The notes below the pieces were generated by a model. It was not told where the DNA came from and did no database searches. It was given only the letters and a program-made list of their open reading frames with translations. The position numbers and the translations under genes are program-made. Of a stretch of DNA of 64,000 nucleotides, positions 25,812 to 39,837 are shown piece by piece (position 1 is the first letter of the stretch; every line of letters begins with the position of its first letter). The stretch comes from Antedon mediterranea. Lineage: Eukaryota > Animalia > Echinodermata. The DNA is taken from NCBI RefSeq assembly GCF_964355755.1, contig NC_092678.1, positions 11,406,352 to 11,470,351 of the forward strand. Direction: 5' to 3'.

Positions 25812-28541
25812 TAATTGGCTGTCCAAAATAGGTGACTTTTTGTCCACAATAGGCTAGTTTATTGGAGTAGTGCGCCATCCATTGTGTTGTCCATAATAGG
25901 TGATTTTGTTGGCGTACTCGTACATACGTAGTTTATTTCGCGAGTAGAAGTAATAGTATTATTAGTTAATACTAATTTGCTTTCTCTTCAGACTTCGAGG
26001 CTACCTAGGCCTACCTAGTAGGAGGCCTAGGCCTAATTAGTATAATTATTTAAGTCTCTCTAGCCTCTAGGCCTAGCCTAGGCTAGTCCTGTTTTAGTTA
26101 GGCTACCTCAGTCAGGCCTAGGCCTAGTACTACTACTAGCTTAGCTGGAGTCCATTTGTTATTGTCCACTAATGAAATGTGAGCTTTTTTTTTTCTAAGC
26201 CTACCTTACCGCAGGGGAGGAATACAAATGACATGGGCTCATATTAGGTAGATAGGTTTCCTACTACAAACAACTAGGCCTAGGCCTATCCTCATTATCT
26301 GTTTTTTTATTATTTTATTTTTTTAATATGAATATTTTACATACTAGGGCCTAGGCCTACTCGTAACTATACTGCCTAACTGCAGGTCAGGTCTGGCGGA
26401 CTAGTCATTATACAGTCTTTTACTAATACCACTGCCACCACCGCCCACTGCACTACTAGGCTATACTTTTTTTAAAAATTATTTTTTGAATGAATGAGTC
26501 TTATCCAGACAGTTCGGACAGTTAGTAGGTTGGCAGTATAGTAGAGCCAGAGCTATTGTTACTGTATGTTATTAATTATGTCATCTATTTAAATCTCAAT
26601 TTTTCCCATATTTTTTGCATGTATCAAAGATTGTGTACAGTGTATCTTCTGATCAATGTTATAGTACAGTAGCATGGACATTTCTATTAACTAGGGTAAG
26701 TAACAGATAGGCCCAACTTACAATTGAAGAATAATACTTTACATACAACCCACTAGGCCTACATCTTTTAGGACATTTTTCAATATGACCAAGATACTGT
26801 AAAATCCCAAGAAGAAGCCTATTTAGAAAAAGTATTTGTTTGCAAAAGTAATCTTCGGAAAAGAAGGATACAATTTAGTCAAACATTTTCAGAGAGACAA
26901 ACTGAATTTTATCAGTACCGTAGTAGAAAAACTGACAATACATGAAAATTAATTTTTAACATTCTGATTTGAAATATTCTATTCATTTGAATTGCTAAGA
27001 AATTAAAAGTAGATATTTTTTTTTTCATTCATTATAAACATTACAATCACAGTAAAAAGAATAGATAAATCCACTAACAAATTCATGCAGAAAATATTTC
27101 AAAATGTTATTGAATGTTATATTATTAAAGCATTCATTCAATAAAGCATTTGTCTTTAAAACATTTAATATCAGTTTTCATATAGAGAGTATGGTAATAA
27201 TTGACTCTAACAACTGGTATAAACTTAAATTTAGTAAAACAATCCTACATATCTTTTTTTAAATGCAATAAAATATTTAAACATAACTGTTTCCCACCAT
27301 ACTGTTTCCCACCATACAACATGAAAATTTGTCTCAGCATTACTAAGGTTGAAGTTACTTGCATTATACAATACTTAAATATTATTATAGTATTTAAATG
27401 CTTCCTTTTTTTTTTTATTATAGGCATACAGATGTTTGATATTCTGTTCATATACAGTATGCTGCTGAAATAAAAAAGTACATCACTTCAACATATTATT
27501 TTTGATCATAATCATTGATCAATAATTATAGTAATAAACATAATAATTATGGTGCATTTTATTTATCCTTTAAATTGTAGTTTAACCATGTTTTTACACT
27601 TTTAAAATTAATATAATTCAGTATTTTTTAAATGTGATTTAGATTTTGAATAAACTGTTCTGAATACAGAACAAATGTGTTGCTTGTACACTGCGTGTAT
27701 GTAAACTTGATTTATTGTCGTATTTCTTATTATTAAACATTAAAATTGATTCATTTAATTAAACAATATAATAAATGGATGAGATGTGCTGCTGTTGATC
27801 CACTTTAGACTGGGATGGTTTGTCATTGAGCTATGTGAATCCAGAATTTTGAAATAGGGGAGGACCTAAAATGACGAAATGAAGTGCTGAACTGCGATGT
27901 CTTTTTCAATATTAAATTGATTTTTATTATTACTGTTAACAAAACAAAATAAGTCCAAAGAAAAAAAAATACAACAATTACATTGAAACACCAATGCATT
28001 TATAAAAATAACAGTTTACATTTTCATTATTTAAAAAAAATAAAACTTTATCAATATTATTATTAGAGTATTATGGGGTATTTTTTATTTTTGTAAAAGA
28101 ACGTGTGGGTTGGTGATTTAGTTAAACTTGCAATAGTATGGTAAGTTGCGTAATGTCTGTCCGTACTATCAAACCTAAAATGAAGTTCAAATTAAATTAT
28201 TTGTTGCTGAATAAATTTCACATTTCATTATTATTAGTGGACAATAACAAATGGACTAGGCCTAGGCTAGAGTAGTAGTACTAGTAGGCCTATAGCTAGG
28301 CTAGGCCTAGGCTAGAAAGACTTAAATATTTATACTAATTAGGCCTCCTAGGTAGCCTCGAAGTCTGAACAGAAAGCAAATTAGTATTACTTCTACTCGC
28401 GAAATAAACTACGTATGTACGAGTACGCCAAAAAAATCACCTATTATGGACAACACAATGGATGGCGCACTACTCCAATAAACTCGCCTATTGAATTGTG
28501 GACAAAAAGTCACCTATTTTGGACAGCCAATTATGAAAGTC

Positions 28542-30316
28542 CAGGCCCGTATGCAGCATTTATAATGGGGGGGTGCGAGCGAAGCGAGCAACAATGGCTG
28601 GGGGGCCAGGGGGCCGCCAAGGGCCCCCGGTCAGGGTCCAGGGGCCGAAGGCCCTGGAAAAATTTGCGTTATTTGACGTTCTAAAGACTGATGTAAGACT
28701 CTCTGTTGTGGCTTGGGCTAGTTGAACGATGGACACCAGAACTTAACGCTTTCATGATGAGGCCAACTCAGCAGGGGTGGCGCCAGGATCTTCCCGACGC
28801 GGGGGCTACATTCCCCGACGAGGGGGCTATGCGAGCGAAGCGAGCATCACTAGGCTGGGGGCCACCAAGGGCCCCCGGTGGGGGTCCAGGGGGCGAAGCC
28901 CCCGGAAGCAACGCGTTCTAGCGTCATTTGAGGTCTTTTTAATCAGATTTAGGGTAGCCATTTTTTCCATTTTTTATAATGCATAAATAAAATACTGCGT
29001 GCAAAAAAACGATGCGCGATGACGGTTTCAATCCATATTTTTCAATTTAAAAAATAAAAGTTCAAAGAAAATTTTGAAAAATAGAGTTGGAGGTCCCGGA
29101 AATTGGACTTATTATACTTCAAAACATGAAAAAAAATATATAAGTCCCTATCATGGGTTGTGACTGAGCTAAGAAATGTTTGAAAAATAGAGATGTTAGG
29201 TCCCGGAAAATGTACTTCTTGTTCTTCGAAATATGACCAGCTTTATTGTTGGGGCTGAGCTAAGAAAATGTTTAAAACTAGAGCTGCAGGTCTTCAAAAA
29301 ATTGCATTTTATACTTTGGAAACATCAGGCCTAGAGGCTTAAAAAACGCAAGCGTAGACCTTTTTCAGTCGGGGAAAAAAGTTTATTCCTCCCAGGGTGT
29401 ATGCATGCGTACCATCTGGACTTCCGAGTGGTGAGAAATTCATGACATACAGGATATTGAAAATGTAATAACTATAGCTATAATGTTGGCTAAGCGAAAA
29501 TGGCATGTTTTTTTGTTTAGTAATGGATGAAAAATTGATTTTAGGTGCCCCACGGTACAGAAGGTTACTTGTAAATTAAAAAATTGGTGAACAAACGAAC
29601 AATTAACATAATTCGTTTTTGCTGTAGTGTAGCGTACGTCGACGCAGTACACGACGTAACCGTCGGTAAACTTCGCCTGGAAAATAACACATTACACATT
29701 TTGGTCCCTGGATGAAACTTGATATCACGCGTCTCGACCCAACGTTGAACGATTCGTACAAAGGGATACCGCCAGACAAGTGCGTACCTAGCTATTGTTT
29801 AGTAGTAAGTTAGATCGCTGGCAATAATGAATGCATATAAAGTGCATAATATCACTCTGACGTACTCTCACGGTCAATGAAACGTCGCGGTTTTCTAGGC
29901 GCTGAAGCTAGCTACTAAGTGAACGCGAACGCTTTTTACTGTATATTATATTCCCCGACAAAAAGTACACGTGTTCCCTGACTTTAAGTTGTCTGTATTT
30001 CTCCAGCAAACACTTTACCGCGTACCGCGTACATGAAGCGCTAAGCTATTGCTTGTCGTCACATGATCGACTGCGCATGTTTTACATCGAGTTTGTAGTC
30101 AGTTCAGATTCCGTAATTTAATTACCGGTATTTTTTCATTTTATATTAGCATATTTTTGTTTGTATACCATTGATAATGTAAATTTTGTATATATATAAT
30201 GATATTGTCTTTAGTTAAACAAGACAAGAAAAAATACCAACCGAGGAAATAGTGGACCTTTTGGGACTTGGGGGGGTGCGTCTGCACCCAACGCACCCCC
30301 CCTGGATACGGGCCTG
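28542..30316. mobile_element. CAG..CTG element with 5-bp TSD AAGTC; contains a nested truncated inverted copy (28772-29980) of the 51918-53536 element
   Basis: caggcccgtatgcag / ctggatacgggcctg; aagtc on both flanks. Confidence 0.85.
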
Positions 30317-31809
30317 AAGTCACCTATTATGGACAAACAACAGCGCCCTCTAGTCCCTATTATGGACAGAAAGTAACCTATTATGGACAGAAAAGTAACC
30401 TATTATGGACAGATTTCACCAACCCCGCTCAAATTTGGCGCTTTTGTCCACCGTGTAACGATTTCCTCAAAATGTGTTGTTAAGCCACCTGACTAAGTAG
30501 CTTGTGTAATTCATCGTCATTTTGTTACGACTGAAAGTGTTAACCGATTCACCACGATAAGCGCTTAAAGCGCTCAAAAGGTTAAAAGTCAAGGTCATTG
30601 TAAACAAATTATCAACAAAAAAAAAGTAAATCGAATTTACATGCGCAGTTTGCTGTGCATGAATCGTAACAACAAATTATACAAAATACTCACAACTTCT
30701 TTTTTAAAAATATGCTTCTAAATATATAAAAACAATTGTTGAAGTTAGTTTGAAAATAAAATTCGAAAATATAACCGTTTTTCGAAGCACGCTGTTCGAA
30801 ACGCGACAGGCGCGTTGAATGAATCTAGGCCTAAACATACAACGTAAAATCGTCTAAAATCCATCTTTATTTCTGATAATCACTATTTTGAAGCTTGTAT
30901 ACAATAAATGTATAATAAATAAAGATTATGTATCAGTTACAGTGTCTAAATCGTCATATTTCCATGTAAAAATGTGATTTTTCTACCGGAGAAAAGTCGT
31001 GAAGATGTCCTCACAAGGGCCGCGCCATATTGTTTACCTTTGATTGTAATATGAACCCACCCTGACATGTCAGATGCATTATGGGCATGAAATATTTGTT
31101 CAAACTCTGCGCAAAGGTCAGTTTATTGAAGCATAACTTTTGACAAACATTTTGATACCAAACTTGTTTTAATTTCATAAGTTTTCGACGCATTTTCGTC
31201 AAATTTTCTGCAAGCTACACGTCTAAAACAGCGGACTAAGCTCCCGAGGGATGCCGGTGCGCGTGAGAATCCCGAATTCCAAGTCGCTTTCGGGATGTTT
31301 TTTTTAACATTCCCGGTGAACAAACAGCGGCGACGACGCTCTCGGGGCGGCTCCCGATAGGCCTAGGCCCCATATGGTCATCGTCGGATGAGTCAGTCTA
31401 CTAATTTCTTCATAATTTCGAAACCGGTCATTCATAATGGTCAAGTTTGGTCTTATTTTGAAGAGAAGAAATAGGTTCTGATGAAGAGATGAGTTTTATT
31501 ATGAAATATTTATTAATTTTTGTGCATTTGGTAGTCAAAGATAAATTACAAATTTTTAATAATTTTCCTAAAATATTTCTAAAATTTGCATAATCCATAC
31601 TCCGCAAAAATAAGTTGTAACACAAATTTGATAACATATTTGGAAATAAAATGTCCTTTGCATTATTTTTGTTTTTTAATTTTTTTAATGTCTGTGTTTA
31701 GAAAAAAAGTTAGGGTTAATTATATGACATATGCTTTTTGGGTCCCAGGGGAGCAAAATAAACTTAGGGGTCAATGGGGTTCATTTCGCGACAATTAATC
31801 CTACCTACT

Positions 31810-33330
31810 TTGTCTACCTTGTCATCTGACAATTGGCAAGTCAATGACAGTCATTTTCTTCCACTCTTCTCTATTTAATGCTTTGTCCTTTAATTGTTAA
31901 TATTTGTTTCCATTTTTAATATAAGTCTATCCAGTAGCATTTTTCTCATCCTTCCTCTACCTGCTCTTCCATCGTATCTACCATCCATCACTATTTTCAA
32001 TAATCCTCTATTTCTAATACTGTGACCAATCCATTTCTTCTGCGGTTCATTAATCCTGTCGAATGCTTTTTCATAATCCACAAATCATATATACAATTCG
32101 TTACAGTATTCTAAGAATTTTTCTCCCATCACTCTCAGCACAGCAATCGCATCTCTGGTGCTTCTTTCTTGTACAAAACCAAATAGTTCCTTCCCAATAT
32201 ACTCTGCAAGTTTTGATGCCAATCAGTCATTTAATGCCTTAAGTGTTATCTTAGATGTATGCGTTATGAGACTTATCGTTCGGGGTTCATCACATCTTTG
32301 GGTATTTACTTTCTTCTCCAAGGGTATTACTACAGATTTAGTGAAATCCGCTGGCCATTTTCCTTTTGTGTAGATGTTGGTAAGTTCCAAGGTTGCTACT
32401 TCTCCTAGTTGTTTTAACATCTCTGCAGGTATCCCATCTATGCCTTCAGCTTTTCTTTCATGTAGTCTTTTAATTCCTTTTACATTTTGTTCATCTTCAA
32501 GCGGACACACTGTTTGCTTCTTTTGATCTGCAGCATAGAACTCTTCCAGATATTCGTTCCATCTTTGTCTTATTTCATTATTATCAGTTTGTAATTTATC
32601 TTTTTTATTTAATACTGCTTGTGTACCCTTACGTCTTTTAATGTTAATTCCTGATAGTTCCTGTATTACTTTATATGATATGCCACTCCGTCCAGAAAAA
32701 GCATGACAATTCTTAACAGCATGTCTATATATTTCCATGACCAATATGTAATCAAGTTTGTATCTTCCTGTTGCTCCTGGTGACACCCATGTGTATCTTC
32801 GTCGTAAAGGTGGCTTGAAGAGAGTGTTACAAATTCAAAATTGTGGTTATTTGTTGTATATATATAGAGTTTCCTCTATCATTTTGTTGTCCTAGTCCAA
32901 ATTTTTCAGTACTTTTTTCTTCCTCAATTTGTTCACCTACTACAGAATTGAAGTCTCCCATTAGAATAATATTATCATTCCTACAACAATCTAGTAAGCT
33001 TTCAATTGCTTCATTATATTATCCACCTCTTCGTTTTCTTCACTATTTGTTGTAGGCCTATACACTTGTACAACCACTAGATTAACAGGAAGTGCTTCAA
33101 TTAGTTTTTCATTTATACATTTAATTTCTATAACTTTCTTTCCCAACTCTTTATCTAAGACTAAGAGGATTCCATCAGCACCAGAGTATATCAGTCTAAA
33201 ACTATTAACATCTATATCTCCATACTTAGCTAGTCTTGTTTCACAAAGACCTAATATGTTATTAAGATTCTCCCTTTCATGTGTCATGCCCTTTGTTGTC
33301 ATGTTACAACAACACTTTTCTGTCAGGGGT
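31810..33330 (-). pseudogene. Decayed RTE-clade LINE (APE endonuclease and RT fragments)
   Basis: ILGLCETR, LVVVQVYRPTT, TWVSPG..YKLDYILV, KAEGIDGIPAEMLK, RTISLITHTSKI, DYEKAFDRI. Confidence 0.85.
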
Positions 33331-33559
33331 TGGACCCTTAGCCTTTTGTTTTCCGTATCCTCTCCGCAAGGCAGCGTAATTTATTTTCAGCCTACTTTAC
33401 TATATTGTATCACTTCCAATAGTGATAATTCATTTAATGACCATCTTCTTCAACTAATTATTTGTTTTCACCTCAATCCAATGCGATCCAATGCAAATAA
33501 TATATTACATCTTAAAATAATTCAACTCTGTATAATAATAACAATGGAACATAATTTAA

Positions 33560-36500
33560 AGTGAACATTGCTCTTCAAGATTTAGGTTTGTAAAAATAAA
33601 ATTGTTTCTGCTATACCAATAATTGCAAAATAATTATTGTGTCAATTTCTGGTGCGATCATGGCGTTGTCTGATCATATAATATCAACTTAATGTTAATT
33701 TTCTCTGTAATATTTTCTTCTAAAAATTAGAATTTCTAATTTCTTTGCAGGATTTTTGTTTAAGATATTACTCATGCATTGTTTGCATTTGTTTTTCTTG
33801 GCTTCCTAATTTCTCATCTTTTCTTTTTATAATTTTTTAATTATTTATTTTCAATCCTACCTCCCCTGCTTCCTCTCTGTGTTCTATTTCCTCTCTTAGA
33901 TTCGAGAACTTAACTCTCTCTGCTTTAGATATGTCTCTTGATAAACCCTTCATATTCTCTTGTCTGTAAAATCTCAAAAACCACTTCCATCCCATGCACG
34001 TCATAAAACACAACTTTAATCGGTCTGTTCTTTCCGCCTTGTCTATTACCTATTCTTAAAATCATTCTTATTGTTGTGGTTTCTATTACATAACCTGCTC
34101 TCTAAAAAAGTTCTTAAAGTTGTATTGTCCCCCAAAACATGAAAAATGAAGATCAATTAAATCAAATTTTGAATAGATCATATTGTAGCTATAATAAAGT
34201 TGTTCACTTTCGCCGAAAAAAAATCCGAAAAAAATTATTAATTTCGCTAAGAAAAAAGCAAAATAAGTTAATCAATTTTCCCAACTTGTCAGCTCAAAAT
34301 TTAGGCCGATAGAGCTAACTCATAAATATGCATGATATGTTAATGAGCATCGACACAGCTGGGATCTGATCTAACAAACATGGATGATGCACGTTGTGTA
34401 CACAACACCCACAGATCGACGCGACTCGACTGGGGGTTTCCCCTGATCGTATGTAAAGCTAAGCTGTTAATTTGTCGGTAAGTAGGCCTAGACGGTTATT
34501 TTAAATATAATAATTATATATATAACGCAAACTAAACAGACGTTTGTAATAACAGGAAGGTAATTAATTAACTTAGCCTGGGATTTTTTCAGGGCTAGGC
34601 CTAGAATAATACATGCATAGGCTAGTAGTAGTAGTAGTAGAGGAGGCAGGCTGCTGGGACAATCGGGTCTCTGCAGAAAATGCCCAGCTAGGCCCTATAC
34701 ATTGTACTCTTCATAGACTGGCCTAGGCTAGGCCATCAATCCGAAAATACAGCCAGCCTGCTGTACCATATACATAATTTACAGTTGAATCTTGTTTAAC
34801 TAGTTTTTATGATAAAAATAAAACAAACATTTTTTCAGGGAAAATGGTTACAATACAACTTACAAGCCTGAAGTTGAGAACCTTCCTCCAGCAGCACTGT
34901 ACAAGTAGACAGAGGGGAAAAGCCAGCTTAGCCATTTTACCACACAAACTACTGTTCTTTACCATGTAACTCTGTACTGTAGTAAGTCAAATATTTGTTT
35001 TCTCTTTATTAAGTCTTAGTTGTAATGTGTTTTACCATAGAAAGTTAGTGTACTTATTTGTCAAAGCAAGCAATTTCACTAGCCCACATTTTGCACTAAA
35101 TGTGCATGATCTAGACCTATTTATAAATACCAAATTCCAGGTTTTCGTACTTTGCCGAAATTAAAAACTTTAGATTTTGTGAAATATTTAACTTATTTAT
35201 ACATCATTATTTAAACATTTTTATTTAAAGACGTTGAGCTGATGAAGACTGGAACAGAGGTCACATTTGTACTTCATAAAGACAACTGATGATAGACTCT
35301 GTATATGATTGGATATTGCAAGAAAAATATTTGTGATGCTGCATTCGGCCAATATGTTCCTGTTCAGCTTGTAAAATGTTGTACAGTATAATTTTTTTTA
35401 TAAAGCAATAATATTTGTACAGTATATTATTTTGTAAACATAACATTCAATAAATAAAAAATACTACTACAACAGTACACAGAATAAATTCTTCAATTTT
35501 ACTTACACTTCATAATGTTACTGTAAATATTACATTGCAAAAGGAGTTAATAAAAAATATATATAGGCCTAGGCCTATATACAGTTACAGTATATCTTAT
35601 TGAATTCCTGTATTGTTTTTTGTGTCAATTTGTCTACTAATATCAATGTGTTGATTGTGGCAGTAATTACGGCAGCTATAGTCTTCTAAGATCGCTCATA
35701 TCCATTACAAAGTGTCATTTTAATAGTAAGAAATGTTTCAATAAATTGTGAATGTTGCCGATACATTTTGTGTTTCTCACTACTTCACTTGCTCTTATTG
35801 TTCAATCAATGTTAATACCTGAAAAAAAAGAAGAAAATTGTGTCAAATATCTGCATAAAATGGTTAATTGTGCAAATGTTGATTTGAACCTATTGCATTT
35901 GATGCAGAAAATATTTTTAAAATACTGTACAGTAAACATTCAAAACAATATTTAGATTTATTTGGTAATTTTCTCTGCAGAATAGATAGTTGAAATCCTA
36001 ACAAATTAAACCAATTTATCAGGATGCCAAACAAAATTATAAAAAAAAAATACATCCCTCCTGGTGGTGGTCTAGCCCTAGCTAGTAGTGTACTGCCTAG
36101 CCTAGGCCTACTACCTCTACTTATAGAAACAGGAGGCAGCAGTAAGGCTACTCGAGACTGCCTGCCATGTGGTTGTGCTAGTTAGTACTAGGCCTACTAG
36201 TATGTAGTAGACTAGTATACAGTAGCAGAAAACTCGGGCCTAGGGCCTAGGCCTAGCTAGGCCTCTCCTGCTAGCGAAACAAAAACTCACCTAAATGAAT
36301 AAGATTCAACATCAAAGTTACCAACTGCAGTTCTACTTAGTATTCTGCTAGCTATAGTTTTCGTGTTTTCTTCAAGATCGTCTCGCGTCACTACTCGACT
36401 CTCTCTATGCATTGCTATCGTCGCGTTGTTGGCTGTTTGTTGAGAGAACCATCATCCACAAGATGTATCCATACAATATGAATATTTATGAGCTAACTCA

Positions 36501-36900
36501 GGTCAAGGGTTAAATTAAACCGGAACACGTTTGTCTTCCAGACAAATAGCTTCCGGTTGGTTAATTTTTGCTTTAAATTACGATTTTCTCGAGTAAAACA
36601 TTTTTTTTTTCGATCCAATTTCAGTTCAAAGTGAATAACTTTTATGTGCAATTAAAATGGCCTATTCAACAAAAATATTTAAAAAAAAAATGTTTTCAGG
36701 GGGACAATACATCTTTAAACTCTCTGCCAGTCTTCTTCTTTCCTCTGTATTCCACTTTCCTCTTTTGACTCATTTATGTCATGTATAATTATATTAGTTT
36801 TCCTCCTCTCTTTATCCTCAAGTTCTTTTACTATTTCTTCTATCTTTTTTTCAACTATTTGTTTAAACTTTCTATCACTTTTCTTTATCTCTACCAATAC
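33560..36900 (-). pseudogene. Decayed CR1/L2-type ORF1 plus start of the endonuclease, split by the Kolobok-like insertion
   Basis: RRKTNIIIHDINESKEE..EDWQRV (36719-36897) continues across the TTAA site into ..RIGNRQGGKNRPIKVVF (~34000-34110); FAIIGIAET near 33610. Confidence 0.65.
34118..36714. mobile_element. Non-autonomous Kolobok-like DNA transposon
   Basis: TTAA on both flanks; TIR agttgtattgtccccc / gggggacaatacatct (AG..CT termini); no long ORF. Confidence 0.8.
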
Positions 36901-37231
36901 AGTTGCTGCATTAGCTTTTCCACTCGCGTATGTGAGTGAATTGAGATATGGAATCTAAATGACGGATTTCGCATGGAGAGTGACGATCAGGTTTGGCGTA
37001 AACAAGTGGCTTATGGTCAGTCAAAATGTGAAATGAGCGTCCTTCAAGTGAATGACGGATTGGTGAGAGTGTAGCATTTGCGAGGGCAATTTTAATATTG
37101 TTGAATCCCAATAAAGCTGCGTCGGTCCATACAAGGTCCTGTTTCCCCAACAAGTAAGGCTGTGACAGGTTTTAAAATCTGGGCACATTGCGGTGTAAAT
37201 TGTATGTAAAAGTTAATAAGTCCAAGAATTC

Positions 37232-39837
37232 AATTCAATTCAATTCAAATAAACATTTATTTCTTTCATTCATATTTGAGTAAAAAAACATTATAATTTC
37301 TGATATTTTATAAATAAATATTTTTTTTTTTCGAGATATAATACAGTAAATCATAATGTATAAAAAGATGATTCAGTTATATACAAAATGAAAGAGGCAA
37401 AAAAACCCAAGAAAGTATCGATCAATTGGAAAAAAAAAATCCAATTGAAACTTGTATGTTGGGAAGCCATGTAAGAAGATTATATACTTATATATATAAA
37501 TGTAAACATATAAATACACAAACACATATAGATCAACAGACACACACACACCAACAGTAAAGGAAGCAATTTCGAAAAAGTTTCTAAAGTTAAAAAAAAA
37601 TATTACAAAATAGAGAAAACAATTAGTTATAATTTGAAATAAGATATTCTTTAAGTTTAAAAGAGAACATTTTGCTAGAAGACGATGATGAAATTTCGGG
37701 AGGTAGATTATTGAATAGTTTAGAACCACTATAGCGAATGTTATGTTTCATTTTAGTTAGTTTAGGTTGAGGAAGATGAAGGTCCCGTGATGCTCTTGTG
37801 TTATACGAATGGATTTCAGAGTTCAGTACAGGAAAAGTTAGAAGGCAGTTTGGAATTAATATGTTCATAAACGAAAATGCATTGTTGGAGTTTATTAATA
37901 TCGTGCACAGTTAAGAGTTTAAGGTTATAAAAAAGGCTATTAGTATGAGCAAGACGTGAGTTACCCGAGATAAGACGAACAGCTTTCTTTTGAAGGACGT
38001 GTATTTTATTAAGATTTGAAGGGTAATTATTGCCCATACAATGTTACAGTAACTAATAAAAGGCAGAATAAAGGAACAGTAAATATTGCGTAAAATTTGA
38101 GACGGTAAAAAGGAAGACAGACGATAAAGTATGCCAATGTTTTTAGAAATTTTTAATTCAATTTCTTTTATATGATTTTTAAAATTTAGCTCTTGGTCAA
38201 TTAAAACACCTAGAAATTTGGTTTGCTTAACATAGGGAATTACTTGATCACCAATCAGAATTTTATGAGACTCGTCGGTCAGTTTTTGATGACGTATTCC
38301 AAACAACATAAAGTTGCATTTACTTAGGTTTATTGAAAGTTTATTCACATTAAAATAATCGTTAATATTAATTAATTCTTGGTTAAAAGTATGAAAAATT
38401 GATTGAAAGTTAACACTTTTAAAAAATAAAGTCGTGTCATCTGCATAAAGATAAAAGGTAAGGATATCTGAGGCGTTTGGTAAATCATTGATGTAAATTA
38501 GAAATAAAAGAGGGCCAAGCAAGGACCCTTGGGGAACACCACAGGTAATGGGCTTAAGATCAGAGGTATGATTGTTAACAGAAGTACATTGAAATCTATT
38601 TGATAAGTAATTGTTTAAAAGTTTAAGAGCAACACCACGGATACCATAATTTGAAAGTTTGGTAATCAGAATATGATGGTCAATAGTATCAAAAGCTTTC
38701 GACAGGTCAATAAACAAGCCAGAGGAAAAAGAATTGTTTTGAATTGCATCAATAATGTTGTTGGTTAAATCAATTAGCGCAAAAGACGTAGAATAGTTTT
38801 TCCTAAATCCGAATTGTTTATTATAAAGAATATTGTGCTTGCTTATAAAATCATAGACGCGGTTGTTATAAATAATCTTTTCAAGAATCTTTGAAAAAAA
38901 GGGAAGGATGGAGATTGGACGATAGTTATTTGGATCGGACTTGCTACCTTTCTTGAAAATTGGAATAACTTTACCAATTTTTAGGGAGTTGGGAAAAACA
39001 CCAGATGTAAGAGATAAATTAAAAATGTAAGTGGGAGGAGAGAGAATAGTGTCAATGGATTTTTTAATAACTTTAGCACAAATGTCATCGATGCCAGAGG
39101 CCTTGTTGCTTTTAAATGAATTTGTGATTTTGTGCACTTCTTGTTCGGTTACAGGTGAAAGAAAAATTGAGTTAGGAATAGGGGGATGTAAGAAGTGATG
39201 AAAAGTTTTATCAGAGTCATTGTTTATTTTTCCAGCAAGGTTGGGTCCAATATTTGTAAAGTGGTCATTGAATAGATTTGCTACTATTAGGCTAAAGGTT
39301 CTATTATTATTATTTATTAATTTTCCATCAGCTAAAAGTTCAATATAGGCAGGTGCATTTTTATTTGACTTAAGAAGAGAATTGATGACACGCCAGGTGG
39401 CCTTGATATTGAACTTAAGCTTAGTAAAAGTTTCACAAAAGTAATCCAATTTAGCAGTTTTTAAAACGTTGTTTAATTTATTTCGATAACGCTTATATTT
39501 GGATATATTAGAAAGTGTTGGATGGCGTAGACTTTTAGAATAAAGTTTCTGTTTGTACAAAATCGAGGTCAAAAGTCCATCGGTCATCCATGGTTTAAGT
39601 TTAACTTTAGCTTTGGATGGTTCAATTAAAGGAAAGTGTTTATTATATAAGGTGGTAAAATTATTAATAAATGTGTCATATGCCAGATTTGTGTCTTGCG
39701 TACTCACGACATCATTCCATGGAAAAATTGATAAATCATTACGAAAATTAAGGATATTGTGTTCACTAGTATTTCTAAATTTAAGATTGGTATTGATTAC
39801 TCGCTTACTCGGTTTATTTGAACTGATGTTAAAGGAT
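37232..39837 (-). mobile_element. 5'-truncated CR1/L2-group LINE with a nearly intact RT ORF (37911-39707, frameshift near 38035, true end ~37623) and a (TTGAA)n tail
   Basis: NYRPISILP, QFGFR, DLSKAFDTIDH, GVPQGSLLGPLLFLIYINDL, YADDT, KFLGV, HSYNTR; 3' UTR with AATAAA and microsatellite tail; inserted in Gypsy RT. Confidence 0.92.

Larger units (their letters stand above)
22678..30429. mobile_element. Large non-autonomous TIR element (~480-bp TIRs, 8-10-bp TSD, MULE-like) carrying nested insertions
   Basis: gggttggtgaaatctgtccataatagg.. / ..cctattatggacagatttcaccaacccc; caaatttggc on both flanks (22668-22677, 30430-30439); arms 22678-22796+25815-26185 vs 28218-28541+30317-30429. Confidence 0.75.

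Noticed and set aside
31479-31510. Other CTGATGA motifs (3032, 21619, 31479, 35239, 35286) as hammerheads
   Set aside because: No helix II with a properly placed GAAA and cleavage triplet
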